NCBI GenBank assembly: GCA_964354755.1
Contig: CAYHBA010000005.1
Coordinates: forward strand, 13,014 to 77,013
Reading direction: 5' to 3'
From: an uncultured Thermoplasmata archaeon
GTDB lineage: Archaea > Thermoplasmatota > Thermoplasmata > SG8-5
DNA: 64,000 nucleotides
Shown: in pieces, positions 19,475 through 28,448 of the stretch
Layout: each line of letters starts with the position of its first letter
Numbering within the stretch: position 1 is the stretch's first letter
The notes under the pieces: model-generated
What the model was told of the DNA's origin: nothing
What the model saw: only the letters and a program-made list of their open reading frames with translations
The model's database searches: none
Program-made: the position numbers and the translations under genes

Positions 19475-19728
19475 GGTCGGCGCCAAAGCTTCGGGACCGG
19501 GTTGTGTGCCGATTTAAACACCCCCCCGCCCTCACAGGCGAGGCTTCCTAAGGATGAGCTCAATCGTCACCAACCCGGTTCGCCCAACCGGGTCACGACC
19601 CCGGCCTTGACGCCGAATTCAACAATTCGGCTAACTCGCATTGATGCTCATTGAATGCTGGGGCGCTACAATGCTCGTCCAGTCGAGGCATGATGGCGAA
19701 GGCTGGAACTGAACACAGGGATGGTTGA
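19475..19728. repeat. Dispersed ~200-250 bp structured element, copy 1 (MITE/REP-like)
   Basis: Aligns by eye to the reverse complement of 36121-36325, with an extra internal segment that resembles 20161-20233. Confidence 0.85.
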
Positions 19729-19866
19729 CCGGTGCCGTGGTGAGGGTTATGGTTTGGCGCTATTTTCGGCATTTTGGGGTACACTTGTAATCAGCAAATC
19801 GAATTATTAGCAACTTTTAATAAGATAATGGCATTCGCGCTACTGCTTTCAGCGATATAAGATAAC

Positions 19867-19939
19867 GCCACTGTAGCTCAGTCGGTGGAGCAGCTGATTT
19901 GTAATCAGCAGGCCGGGAGTTCAAATCTCTCCAGTGGCT
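19867..19939 (+). tRNA. tRNA-Thr (anticodon TGT)
   Basis: Acceptor GCCACTG/CAGTGGC, D-arm TAGCTCAGTCGGTGGAGC, anticodon arm GCTGA-TTTGTAA-TCAGC, T-loop GTTCAAAT; CCA not encoded. Confidence 0.95.
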
Positions 19940-20018
19940 CTTAGCTTTTTATTAGCAGAACTGGTGAGAGAGTCGAATTGTGGATTAGGACAATCCAATA
20001 TCTGAACAATTCGACGGC

Positions 20019-20036
20019 ATCTCTCCAGTGGCTCTT
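20019..20036 (+). repeat. 18-bp duplication of the tRNA-Thr 3' end (att-like)
   Basis: ATCTCTCCAGTGGCTCTT at 19925-19942 and 20019-20036. Confidence 0.8.
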
Positions 20037-20290
20037 TAATATTTTTCCAGCCACATACCGTGCCCTTACAGGCACGGCTTGGATTGATTTATGCAATTGG
20101 TGTTTGTCACTTGCTAATAAAATAAAACAAGTACCCCGGTCTCTGCGCCGAATTGTGTGCAATTCGGCTTGCTCGCATCGATGCTAATAAACTGAAGCGG
20201 AGCTACGATGCTCGTCCACCCGGGGCATGCTGCATTTAGTTTCGCCCACCTCTCATCATGCTTTTAATACCCGGTCAGCCACATCCACTC

Positions 20291-20860
20291 ATGGATTCCG
20301 CCCCCCGCTTCTTCTATGCCAGCGTCACAGTGAACGAGCATCTCATCCTGGATTTGCTCAAGGATCACGGGGACTGCGTGCTGCACGATACGGAGTCCCC
20401 GCTGGCGAAGCGGTTCAGGAGGGACTGGGACGGAAGGTGCAAGTACGGCGACATCCTGGCGCTGTTCAGGAAGAACAACCTGGACTATCTCGTGGGAATT
20501 GAGGTGAAGGACTGGAAGGCCAGGGTCACTCCCAAGATGTGCTATCAGTACCTGAGGACCTACAGGAAAGGCTGCCAGTATTTCTACATCGCGGCAAGGC
20601 ATTTCTCGCCCAGGTCGTTCGACATCAGCGAGATCGGGTTCATCGACCTTGAGAAAATGGCAGTCATCAAAAAGCCCGAATACCTTCATCCCAGGAAGAA
20701 GGACAGGGAGGGCGTCATCCGCAAGATGAACAAAGCTCCGCAGCCCAGGCGGTATTTCATAATGCACCCTGACCAGACGACCATGGCGGATTTCACGGGT
20801 TCCGCAGCAGAATCCCAGGCCGGCGAATCACAGCCCCTTTTACCAGCGTCTCCCTTGTGA
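20291..20860 (+). CDS. Hypothetical protein with PD-(D/E)XK nuclease-like motif
   Basis: YGDILAL...LVGIEVKD, followed by a Q-Y helix (CYQYL). Confidence 0.6.
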   Translation: MDSAPRFFYASVTVNEHLILDLLKDHGDCVLHDTESPLAKRFRRDWDGRCKYGDILALFRKNNLDYLVGIEVKDWKARVTPKMCYQYLRTYRKGCQYFYIAARHFSPRSFDISEIGFIDLEKMAVIKKPEYLHPRKKDREGVIRKMNKAPQPRRYFIMHPDQTTMADFTGSAAESQAGESQPLLPASPL

Positions 20861-22001
20861 ACAGGGTTGCAATCAATCCGATTGCCGCCACGGCTGCAGC
20901 CAGGAAGAAAATATTGTCCAGCATTTCCCTGGCCAGGAGATAACCCGCAAGCATCGAACCAATCGCAGCGCCCATGTTGATGGCAGAGTTGACAAGCCCT
21001 ATTCCCCTTCCCCTCTCTTCGGGCTTTGTCAGGTCAGAAACCATGGTGAAAGCCCCGACGCTGAAGAATGACCAGACCGGTATGGCCCACAGAATCGCCG
21101 TCAGAATTGGGTCCACAGTCATGCCCATGCCCCACCAAACAAGGACGTAAGCCGCCCCCGCGCCCATAAGCACCTTTCTGCGTCCGTGCCTGTCGCAAGC
21201 ATGCCCGGCAAGCCCGGAAGCGAATATTCCGGTAACCGCAGAAAGCGCGGTGAACATCCCGGCCACCATTGTCACATCCCAGGGTATGTCCAGGCCCTTG
21301 AGGTAGATTGGGAAGACAGAGAACACTATGTATCCGGCAAGGGGCAGCAGCAGCGCTACCGAAGAGACAGCGATGACTCCTCTTCTATCTCCGAAGGACA
21401 AGATGCCGCTTTTTGAAATTGCAGGCCTGCTCTTGGACCGTTCCTTCATAGGCAGCAATGACAAGGCACCCAGGACTGTTATTATCCCGGCCAGCCAGAA
21501 CACAAGGGTGACTGCACCCGAGCCAACTGACATCTGGTTCGATTTCAGGAGAAAGCCGCTCGCAAGGGCGCCCGCCGCCTGGCCTATCGCACCCATCAGT
21601 GCAAGGTTTCCGACGGACATACCCTTCCTCTTCGGGAAGCATTCTGTCGCGACTGCGTTGAGCAACACAAAAGATGTGACAAACGATACCTGGACCAGTC
21701 TTAGGGCAATCAGTCCCGTGGAGCCAACAAAGGGCATTCCGAAGAACAGGATTCCGCCAACAGTCCCTGCAAGGACCATTACAATCCGCCTGCTTCCAAT
21801 CCAGTCCGATACAATGCCCCAGACAATGCTCATTGGCACGGCTGCCAGGAAAGGCAGTGCAATGATTATGCCGACCAGAAAGAAGTCCTGGCTTATTCCG
21901 TAGACATACAATGCCATTATCGGGTAAAGCATTCCGTTGATCACTGAAGTCAGGCCGGAAGCCAGCAGCACGTGCCTGTAGGTTTTCACGGTCCCGGGCA
22001 A
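20793..22001 (-). CDS. MFS transporter
   Basis: About 12 hydrophobic segments; GIVSDWIGSRR and GHACDRHGRRK motif A. Confidence 0.9.
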   Translation of the reverse strand: MPGTVKTYRHVLLASGLTSVINGMLYPIMALYVYGISQDFFLVGIIIALPFLAAVPMSIVWGIVSDWIGSRRIVMVLAGTVGGILFFGMPFVGSTGLIALRLVQVSFVTSFVLLNAVATECFPKRKGMSVGNLALMGAIGQAAGALASGFLLKSNQMSVGSGAVTLVFWLAGIITVLGALSLLPMKERSKSRPAISKSGILSFGDRRGVIAVSSVALLLPLAGYIVFSVFPIYLKGLDIPWDVTMVAGMFTALSAVTGIFASGLAGHACDRHGRRKVLMGAGAAYVLVWWGMGMTVDPILTAILWAIPVWSFFSVGAFTMVSDLTKPEERGRGIGLVNSAINMGAAIGSMLAGYLLAREMLDNIFFLAAAVAAIGLIATLFTRETLVKGAVIRRPGILLRNP

Positions 22002-22086
22002 TCCGTTCCCGGATTAATAGCTAGCGCAAGTAGGTTCGGCCATCCCCCCGAAGCATTATAATGCGGTGAACATCTCGCGCCGGACA

Positions 22087-24078
22087 ATGTCAATGTTCTG
22101 CGAGAGATGCAAGGGACTTCTCAGGATACCGCCGAGCGGACGGTTCGAAGAAAGATATTGCCCCAGGTGCGGTGGCATTGCCGCAGACATTATGGTCCCG
22201 GAGGAGCTCCCGGCCTTCCCGGAGAAAGGCCATCCGACAATGCCATTCTTCCCATTCCCGGAAGTGAGGAAAGGCCAGGACAAGTTCATACGGGACGTTG
22301 CAAAATCCGTTTCCACCAGGAAACATCTGCTCGCCTATGCCCCGACAGGCATAGGCAAGACAGCGGCCGCCCTTGCGCCGGCAGTCGAGGCAGCCATGGA
22401 AATGGGCAAGTGCGTCTGTTTCCTCACATCCAAACAGTCGCAGCATCACATAGCCATCGAGACACTGAAGCGCATGAAGGCGGTTTCTGGGAGGAACATC
22501 AGGGTCGTGGACCTGATTTCCAAGCAGGCCATGTGCCCCTCCGACATAGCCCAGGAATACCCGCCGGCCTTCAGGATGCTGTGCTACATGAACGTGATAA
22601 GCCATTCCTGCCAGTACTTTGAAAACGAGGACCAGGACACTGTCGGGTTCATCAGGTCAAACGTGATGCACGTGGAGGAGGTCAAGACCCTGGCAACCCG
22701 CAGGAGAACCTGCCCGCACAGGGCTGCAATGCAGGCTGCCGAGGCTGCGGACGTCATAGTCTGCGATTACAATCATATATTCGACCTCGTGGTCCGCGGC
22801 AATCCAGAGGAGGCTTTCGGCCGGCCGGTGGAGAATTTTATAATCATAGTCGATGAAGCCCACAACCTTCCTGACCGCATCAGGGGCTATTATTCAATGA
22901 GTCTCACCGCCAACATGGTGGAGGAGGCCCTCTACGAGGTGAGGGACCGCCAGGTGGCAGAAATGCTGAAAGGCTTGAAAAAGGACCTGGGCAAGATGCT
23001 CGAGGACTTGGAAGAAGGCAAGGAGAAACTAACTGACTCGCGCCCCCTCCTTGAGGCCATCGAGAAGCGGCTGGGTCAGTCAATAACAGACCGCCTGGAC
23101 TTCGATTCGTTCATCGAACAGCTCAGGGACACCGGTGTCAAGAGGATGGCCGAGGGAAGGCAAAGCATAGCCTTCGAGATTGCCGAATTCCTCCAGGGCT
23201 ACAGGCAGAATATCAAGGGCCAGGTCAGGATATTGAGCCGGAAGGACGGCATGATGCTGAACTACAGACTCCTCGACCCCTCGACTGTTGCGGCCCCGAT
23301 GTTCGCCAGTTTCCATTCCAGCGTGCTCATGAGCGGGACACTGTTCCCGAACAATGTTTACGCGGACATACTGGGCATCCCGGAGAAATCCCGGATGCTG
23401 GGCACGTACAAATCCCCCTTCCCGGAGGAGAATAGGCCTGTTTTCCTGGCTGGCGATGTCACCACGCTCTACAACGAACGGGGCGACGCCATGTACAGGA
23501 AGATAGCCGCGCGTATAAGCGATGCCTGTTCTCAGATACCGGGCAATGTGGCAGTGTTCTTCCAGTCTTACGGCATGCTGGAGAGCGTGAGCCAGTTCAT
23601 AGAAACACCGAAGAAGCGCATTGCCGAGTCAAGGGAGTCCACCAAGGCGGAGAAACGCGACCTCGTGACAAACCTGGTCAAGCTGAAAGCCGGAAAAGGG
23701 GGCATCATGCTGGCCGTGATGGGCGGGTCCATGTCAGAGGGCATAGACTACCGGGACAACCTGCTTGACTCCGTGATAGTCGTGGGCGTGCCTTATGCAC
23801 CGCCGTCGCTGGAGCAGGACCAGCTCATCAAGTACTATGAAGAGAAGTTCGGCCAGGGCAGGGGCAGGGATTATGGATACATATACCCTGCAATGAACAG
23901 GGTGCTCCAAGCACTCGGCAGATGCATCAGGTCTGAAACGGACAGGGCCGCTGTCATCCTGCTGGACAGGCGCTTCAGCAATCCCGTGTACAGGAAATAT
24001 TTCCCCCGGGACATCAGGCTGGACAACCCGAAGGACCTGAACGCCAGCCTCGGAAGGTTCTACGGCCAAAAGGGTTGA
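22087..24078 (+). CDS. xpd: XPD/Rad3-family Fe-S DNA helicase with N-terminal Zn ribbon
   Basis: RKGQ Q motif, APTGIGKT, four Cys of the FeS domain, DEAH, MSGT, SEGID, QALGRCIR. Confidence 0.9.
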   Translation: MSMFCERCKGLLRIPPSGRFEERYCPRCGGIAADIMVPEELPAFPEKGHPTMPFFPFPEVRKGQDKFIRDVAKSVSTRKHLLAYAPTGIGKTAAALAPAVEAAMEMGKCVCFLTSKQSQHHIAIETLKRMKAVSGRNIRVVDLISKQAMCPSDIAQEYPPAFRMLCYMNVISHSCQYFENEDQDTVGFIRSNVMHVEEVKTLATRRRTCPHRAAMQAAEAADVIVCDYNHIFDLVVRGNPEEAFGRPVENFIIIVDEAHNLPDRIRGYYSMSLTANMVEEALYEVRDRQVAEMLKGLKKDLGKMLEDLEEGKEKLTDSRPLLEAIEKRLGQSITDRLDFDSFIEQLRDTGVKRMAEGRQSIAFEIAEFLQGYRQNIKGQVRILSRKDGMMLNYRLLDPSTVAAPMFASFHSSVLMSGTLFPNNVYADILGIPEKSRMLGTYKSPFPEENRPVFLAGDVTTLYNERGDAMYRKIAARISDACSQIPGNVAVFFQSYGMLESVSQFIETPKKRIAESRESTKAEKRDLVTNLVKLKAGKGGIMLAVMGGSMSEGIDYRDNLLDSVIVVGVPYAPPSLEQDQLIKYYEEKFGQGRGRDYGYIYPAMNRVLQALGRCIRSETDRAAVILLDRRFSNPVYRKYFPRDIRLDNPKDLNASLGRFYGQKG

Positions 24079-24114
24079 ATCCTCTCTACACAACAGGGAC
24101 GAGAGAGGAATCAA

Positions 24115-25272
24115 TCATTCCAGGCCGGACTCCAGCCTCTCCAGGGCCTCCCTTACCGTTTCCATGCTGGTGGCATAGGATAACCGGATGTATCCCTCAC
24201 CGCTCGGGCCGAACCCTGTCCCGGGCAGCAGCGCGATGCCCAGTTTCTCGATTGCGAAATCGGCGAACTGCCTGCTGTCCATGCCCGTCTTCGTGATGTT
24301 TGGGAAGGCGTAGAATGCGCCCTGCGGCATTACGCAGCTGAGCTTGGGAATCCTGTTCAGGCCGTTCACGAGTGTGTCTCGGCGCTCCCTGAAGGTCTTC
24401 ATCATCATGTCAACGAACTGCGGGCCTTTGAGCGCTGCAATGCCGCCATGCTGGATGAACTCGGGCACGCATGAGACCGAGGTTTCCAGGACTCTGGTCA
24501 TCTTTTCGATTACGTCCTTCGGGCCCACGGCATAACCCAGCCGCCATCCTGTCATGGCATATGACTTGGAGAATCCGTCCAGGAGTATTGTCCTTTCCTT
24601 GCACTCGTCCCGGACTGCTGCGCTGTGGTGCTTCCTGTCGTATGTCATCTTGCTGTAAATCTCGTCCGAGAGCAGGTAAACATCCCTCTCCTCGGCAATC
24701 TCGGCAACCCTTTCAATCTCCCCCTCGGTCATCACCCCTCCGGTGGGGTTTGACGGGGAATTGACAATTATCAGCCTGGTCTTTTCATCCAAAGCCTTCT
24801 CCAGGTCGTCCGGGTCCAGCCTGAACTCGTTCTCCTCCTTCAACCTGACCATGTTTCCTTTCACCCCGGAGCACTGCAACACGGCCAGATAGGTCAGGAA
24901 CATCGGGTCTTGCAAGGCTATGTTGTGCCTCTGGTCGGCCACGCATGTCACCAGATAGTAAATTATCGGGTTCCCTCCGGGCGTTACAAGGACCTGGTCG
25001 GGCTCCGGCCTGAATCCCCTTGTCCTCTCGACCTCCTCGCATATCGCCTCCCTCAGCTCGAATATCCCGTTGGAATTGACATATCTGGTCCGCCCTTCTC
25101 TCAAGGCTTTTACCGCAGCGTCCTTTATGTGGTCGGGTGTGTCGAAGTTGGGTTCGCCGATCTCGAAGTGCAGGACTTTCCTGCCCTGCCTCTCCAGGGC
25201 TTTGGCCTTGGCAAGGTACTCGAATGCCGCATTCGGCGTAATCCTTAGGGCGCTGTCCGTGAAAGACCTCAT
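24115..25272 (-). CDS. PLP-dependent aminotransferase class I/II (aspartate aminotransferase-like)
   Basis: EIGEPNF, NSPSNPTG, SDEIY, GFSKSYAMTGWRLG, GAFY, IRLSY. Confidence 0.95.
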   Translation of the reverse strand: MRSFTDSALRITPNAAFEYLAKAKALERQGRKVLHFEIGEPNFDTPDHIKDAAVKALREGRTRYVNSNGIFELREAICEEVERTRGFRPEPDQVLVTPGGNPIIYYLVTCVADQRHNIALQDPMFLTYLAVLQCSGVKGNMVRLKEENEFRLDPDDLEKALDEKTRLIIVNSPSNPTGGVMTEGEIERVAEIAEERDVYLLSDEIYSKMTYDRKHHSAAVRDECKERTILLDGFSKSYAMTGWRLGYAVGPKDVIEKMTRVLETSVSCVPEFIQHGGIAALKGPQFVDMMMKTFRERRDTLVNGLNRIPKLSCVMPQGAFYAFPNITKTGMDSRQFADFAIEKLGIALLPGTGFGPSGEGYIRLSYATSMETVREALERLESGLE

Positions 25273-25368
25273 TGCGCCGGGCAATAACCCTCCGCATGAC
25301 AAATATCTTTTCCATGCTTTCGATGGAAAATGTTTTATAGTCTGGAGGGACTATGTTCAAGCGAGAGC

Positions 25369-25923
25369 ATGAAAGGCAAGCTTCCTGTCAGCGAGATAAT
25401 GTGCACGGACATCCCCCTGATGGAGCCGTTCGATACAGTGGAGGACGCCGCAGCCAAGATGGTCGAGCATGCCACCGGCTGCGTCATCATCACTGAGGAA
25501 GGGAATCCGATAGGCATGGTCACGGAGCGCGACATAGTAAGAAAAGTGGTGAGTGCCAGGAAGAATCCTGCCAGGGTGCAGCTGAAGGAGATAATGAGCT
25601 CGCCCATCGTATGGATACCAAGGAACACGGACATCCTTGAGGCTGCCAGACAGATGTCAAAGTTGAAGATAAGGAAACTGGTCGTGATGCACGAAGGCCG
25701 GCTACTCGGCGTGGTCTCGGTCCAGGATATTCTCGGAATCGCTCCACACCTCATCGAGGTTACTAGGGAACTGGCAAATCTCTCATCCGAGCAGGACGAC
25801 ATGCTCACGGCATCGATTGAGCAGGCATCCGGCTACTGCGAATCATGCAAAGTTTATTCGGACATGCTCGAGTATCATGATGATTTACTCATCTGCCCGG
25901 ACTGCAAGGAAAGGCTCGAGTGA
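25369..25923 (+). CDS. CBS-pair protein with C-terminal Zn ribbon
   Basis: GMVTERDIV, LLGVVSVQDIL, GYCESC...ICPDC. Confidence 0.85.
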   Translation: MKGKLPVSEIMCTDIPLMEPFDTVEDAAAKMVEHATGCVIITEEGNPIGMVTERDIVRKVVSARKNPARVQLKEIMSSPIVWIPRNTDILEAARQMSKLKIRKLVVMHEGRLLGVVSVQDILGIAPHLIEVTRELANLSSEQDDMLTASIEQASGYCESCKVYSDMLEYHDDLLICPDCKERLE

Positions 25924-25968
25924 GGCCGACTAGTTACCTTTTTATAAACACCCGGTTTTCCTTCACAC

Positions 25969-26616
25969 ATGAAGCTTAATAGCCGACTGATACTGGCGCT
26001 GGACATCACGGATTGCGAGAAGGCCAATACGATAGTCTCAAAGGTCGCGGGCAGCGTAGATGCCGTGAAGGTGAATTATCCATTCGTTCTGGGCTGCGGC
26101 ATGGGCGCGGTCAGGGAGCTGGCTGAAAAGACCGATGTCATTTGCGACTTCAAGGTCGCGGACATACCCAACACGAACCGCCTTATCGTCGAGCAGGTGG
26201 TTAGATTAGGCGCGAAGGGCATGATATGCCATGCATTCCCTGGCAGGGACTCCCTGGAGGCCTGCATAAAGGCAGCTTCGGGAATGGATGTTTTCGTCGT
26301 CACCGAGATGAGCCATCCCGGAGCCGGGATGTTCATGGCCCCGGTGGCCGAGAAGATGGCCAGGCTGGCAGTCGAGGTCGGAGCTTCCGGGATAATTGCA
26401 CCGGCAACGAGGCCGGAGAGGATCATAGCACTGAGGAAAATAGTGGGTGGCCTGAAGATTCTTTCTCCCGGGGTCAGCGCCCAGGGCGGCTCGGCCGCCG
26501 ACACGATAAGGGCAGGCGCGGATTACATAATAGTCGGAAGGGCGATATACGACGCCAAAGACCCGGTCAAGGCTGCCAATGAGCTCGCCAGGGAAATCAA
26601 GGATGCAATCAGATGA
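25969..26616 (+). CDS. pyrF: Orotidine-5'-phosphate decarboxylase
   Basis: LILALD, DFKVADIPNT, EMSHPG, PATRPE, SPGV, VGRAIY. Confidence 0.97.
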   Translation: MKLNSRLILALDITDCEKANTIVSKVAGSVDAVKVNYPFVLGCGMGAVRELAEKTDVICDFKVADIPNTNRLIVEQVVRLGAKGMICHAFPGRDSLEACIKAASGMDVFVVTEMSHPGAGMFMAPVAEKMARLAVEVGASGIIAPATRPERIIALRKIVGGLKILSPGVSAQGGSAADTIRAGADYIIVGRAIYDAKDPVKAANELAREIKDAIR

Positions 26617-27245
26617 GCGCTCAAATACCCGCCTCGATGAACGCAGAATGCCCCGAATGCGGCGAAGAAACTCTCCACAAGACCCTGAAAGGCCGGATGG
26701 CCGGCAAGAAGCGGCTGGAACTGGTTCTTAAATGCACTAAGTGTGGCCACGTAAGGGCGGAGGCGATGACGGCCGCGCGCCAGGCCGATGTCAAGATAAT
26801 AATCAGCAGGGACGAAGTCTCCGAAAGGACCACCACCAGACTTCCGTTGGACTGGACGCTCTCTGTGGGGGAGGAGTTCATGCACGGGGACGAGAACCTG
26901 CTTGTCACCGGCATCGAGGTCAAGGGCCGGAAGACGAACAGTGCCAAAACCGGCGAAATACAGACCCTCTGGGCCAAGAACTTCGACCAGGTGAGGGTGA
27001 AGATAGCCATAAACAGGCACGGTCGGACTGTCTCGACCGAGATAATGGCCGATCCGGACGAAGAATTCACTGTCGAGGACGAGATGGAGATTGATGATGT
27101 TCCCGTGAAGATACATTCTATAAAGCTCGAGGACAGGACAATCCGCAGAGGTTCAGCTTGCGCTAGGGACATCGTGCGCGTCTATTGCACGGATTCACGA
27201 CCACCGCGCCAGCCCAGAAACCGGGGCGGAGTTAGTCGGTCTTGA
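26613..27245 (+). CDS. Archaeal Zn-finger protein (HVO_0476-like)
   Basis: ECPECG...H...KCTKCGHV followed by two repeated beta-rich modules. Confidence 0.75.
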   Translation: MSAQIPASMNAECPECGEETLHKTLKGRMAGKKRLELVLKCTKCGHVRAEAMTAARQADVKIIISRDEVSERTTTRLPLDWTLSVGEEFMHGDENLLVTGIEVKGRKTNSAKTGEIQTLWAKNFDQVRVKIAINRHGRTVSTEIMADPDEEFTVEDEMEIDDVPVKIHSIKLEDRTIRRGSACARDIVRVYCTDSRPPRQPRNRGGVSRS

Positions 27246-28293
27246 TAAGGGCCACCACGGCAACACCCACGATGCCTATGGCGGCCAGCAATGTCACGAG
27301 CCCGTCCACGCCCAGTTCGGGCTCAGGCCCGGCTATCGATATCACGCTGTCAGCGTTCTGCGGGATATAAACCACGACGTCGTATCCCATGTCGGTTTTC
27401 GATGCGAAGTACGATGCCTCGTCCCCTGTGCCCCAGAGGGTCTCGCTTATCCCCGCGCCCAGGCTCACCTTTGTTCCATTCAGCGTCACCCTGAGGTCGT
27501 CGGCTGACCCGTAATCCAGGTATGAATCGCTCACATGGAGGACGACGGCTTTTTGCGCGGAGTCGCCCAGGACCTGGATGTCCACTTTCTCTTCGGAAGC
27601 GGCCACGGTCCACATGTCGGTGCTGTCAAAGGACACAGTATCCCAGCCGACCTCCCACTCTCCTCCCGAGTCCAATATATACATCTCGGCGGAGACTAGA
27701 CCGTCTGCGACAGCGCTTCCCACAGTGGGGTCAAGTGGCGTATCCGCCCTGAAAATGACTGTCGAGCCGGCAGGCATGGCGAAAACCACGTCCTGGTTTG
27801 TGATGGACGCGGTCGCGCCCCCGGACATTACCATCACGCCACTGGCATCCTCGCTTCCCACCATCACGGCGCTGCCTTTTTTAATAGCGCCGGTCCCACC
27901 GGTCAGTTCGAACTTCATGGAGTTCGCGTCCGAAGCCGAGTATTCTATCACCGTGCTGGGCATTTCGTGAATGTGGAGAACGCCATACTGGTCGGTATGT
28001 GTTATTGTTGTCACTCCCTCGAACTCGATGCCTGACTCGAAATGCTGGAACCCCACCCTGCTGAACAATCCCACAGTTTCGCTGCCGCGGACAAGGGAAT
28101 AGTTGGCCAGCGGGTAAATGTAATCCGCAGACGGTGGGTGTACGGCAATCTCATAGGAGGAGTATTCATTGATTCTCGGGACATACTGGCCGCTGCCCGT
28201 GAGAATGATGACGGACACAGCGAGAGAGACCAGGGTGATTATGGCGACAAAGCCTCTTGCCAGTCTGCGCCTCGTTTTTGTCATAAACATCAT
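27232..28293 (-). CDS. Secreted/surface protein with N-terminal signal anchor and C-terminal TM anchor
   Basis: KTRRRLARG plus hydrophobic stretch; acidic S/T/G-rich body; C-terminal LVTLLAAIGIVGVAVVALIK. Confidence 0.7.
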   Translation of the reverse strand: MMFMTKTRRRLARGFVAIITLVSLAVSVIILTGSGQYVPRINEYSSYEIAVHPPSADYIYPLANYSLVRGSETVGLFSRVGFQHFESGIEFEGVTTITHTDQYGVLHIHEMPSTVIEYSASDANSMKFELTGGTGAIKKGSAVMVGSEDASGVMVMSGGATASITNQDVVFAMPAGSTVIFRADTPLDPTVGSAVADGLVSAEMYILDSGGEWEVGWDTVSFDSTDMWTVAASEEKVDIQVLGDSAQKAVVLHVSDSYLDYGSADDLRVTLNGTKVSLGAGISETLWGTGDEASYFASKTDMGYDVVVYIPQNADSVISIAGPEPELGVDGLVTLLAAIGIVGVAVVALIKTD

Positions 28294-28448
28294 CTGGGAA
28301 AGAATGGAGGAGGCTACCTCCCCCGTTTCCGGGGGAGGTTCTATTATGTGGGCAGAATAATAGATATTAGCCTCTAATAGACAATAACGTTGATGTAGTT
28401 TATATAGGGTTTGGTACAAGCTTCGAACAGATGCCCTTGCCCGATTTT

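Noticed and set aside
19271..20290. CRISPR array or intact IS element
   Set aside because: There are no regularly spaced identical repeats, no cas genes and no transposase ORF.
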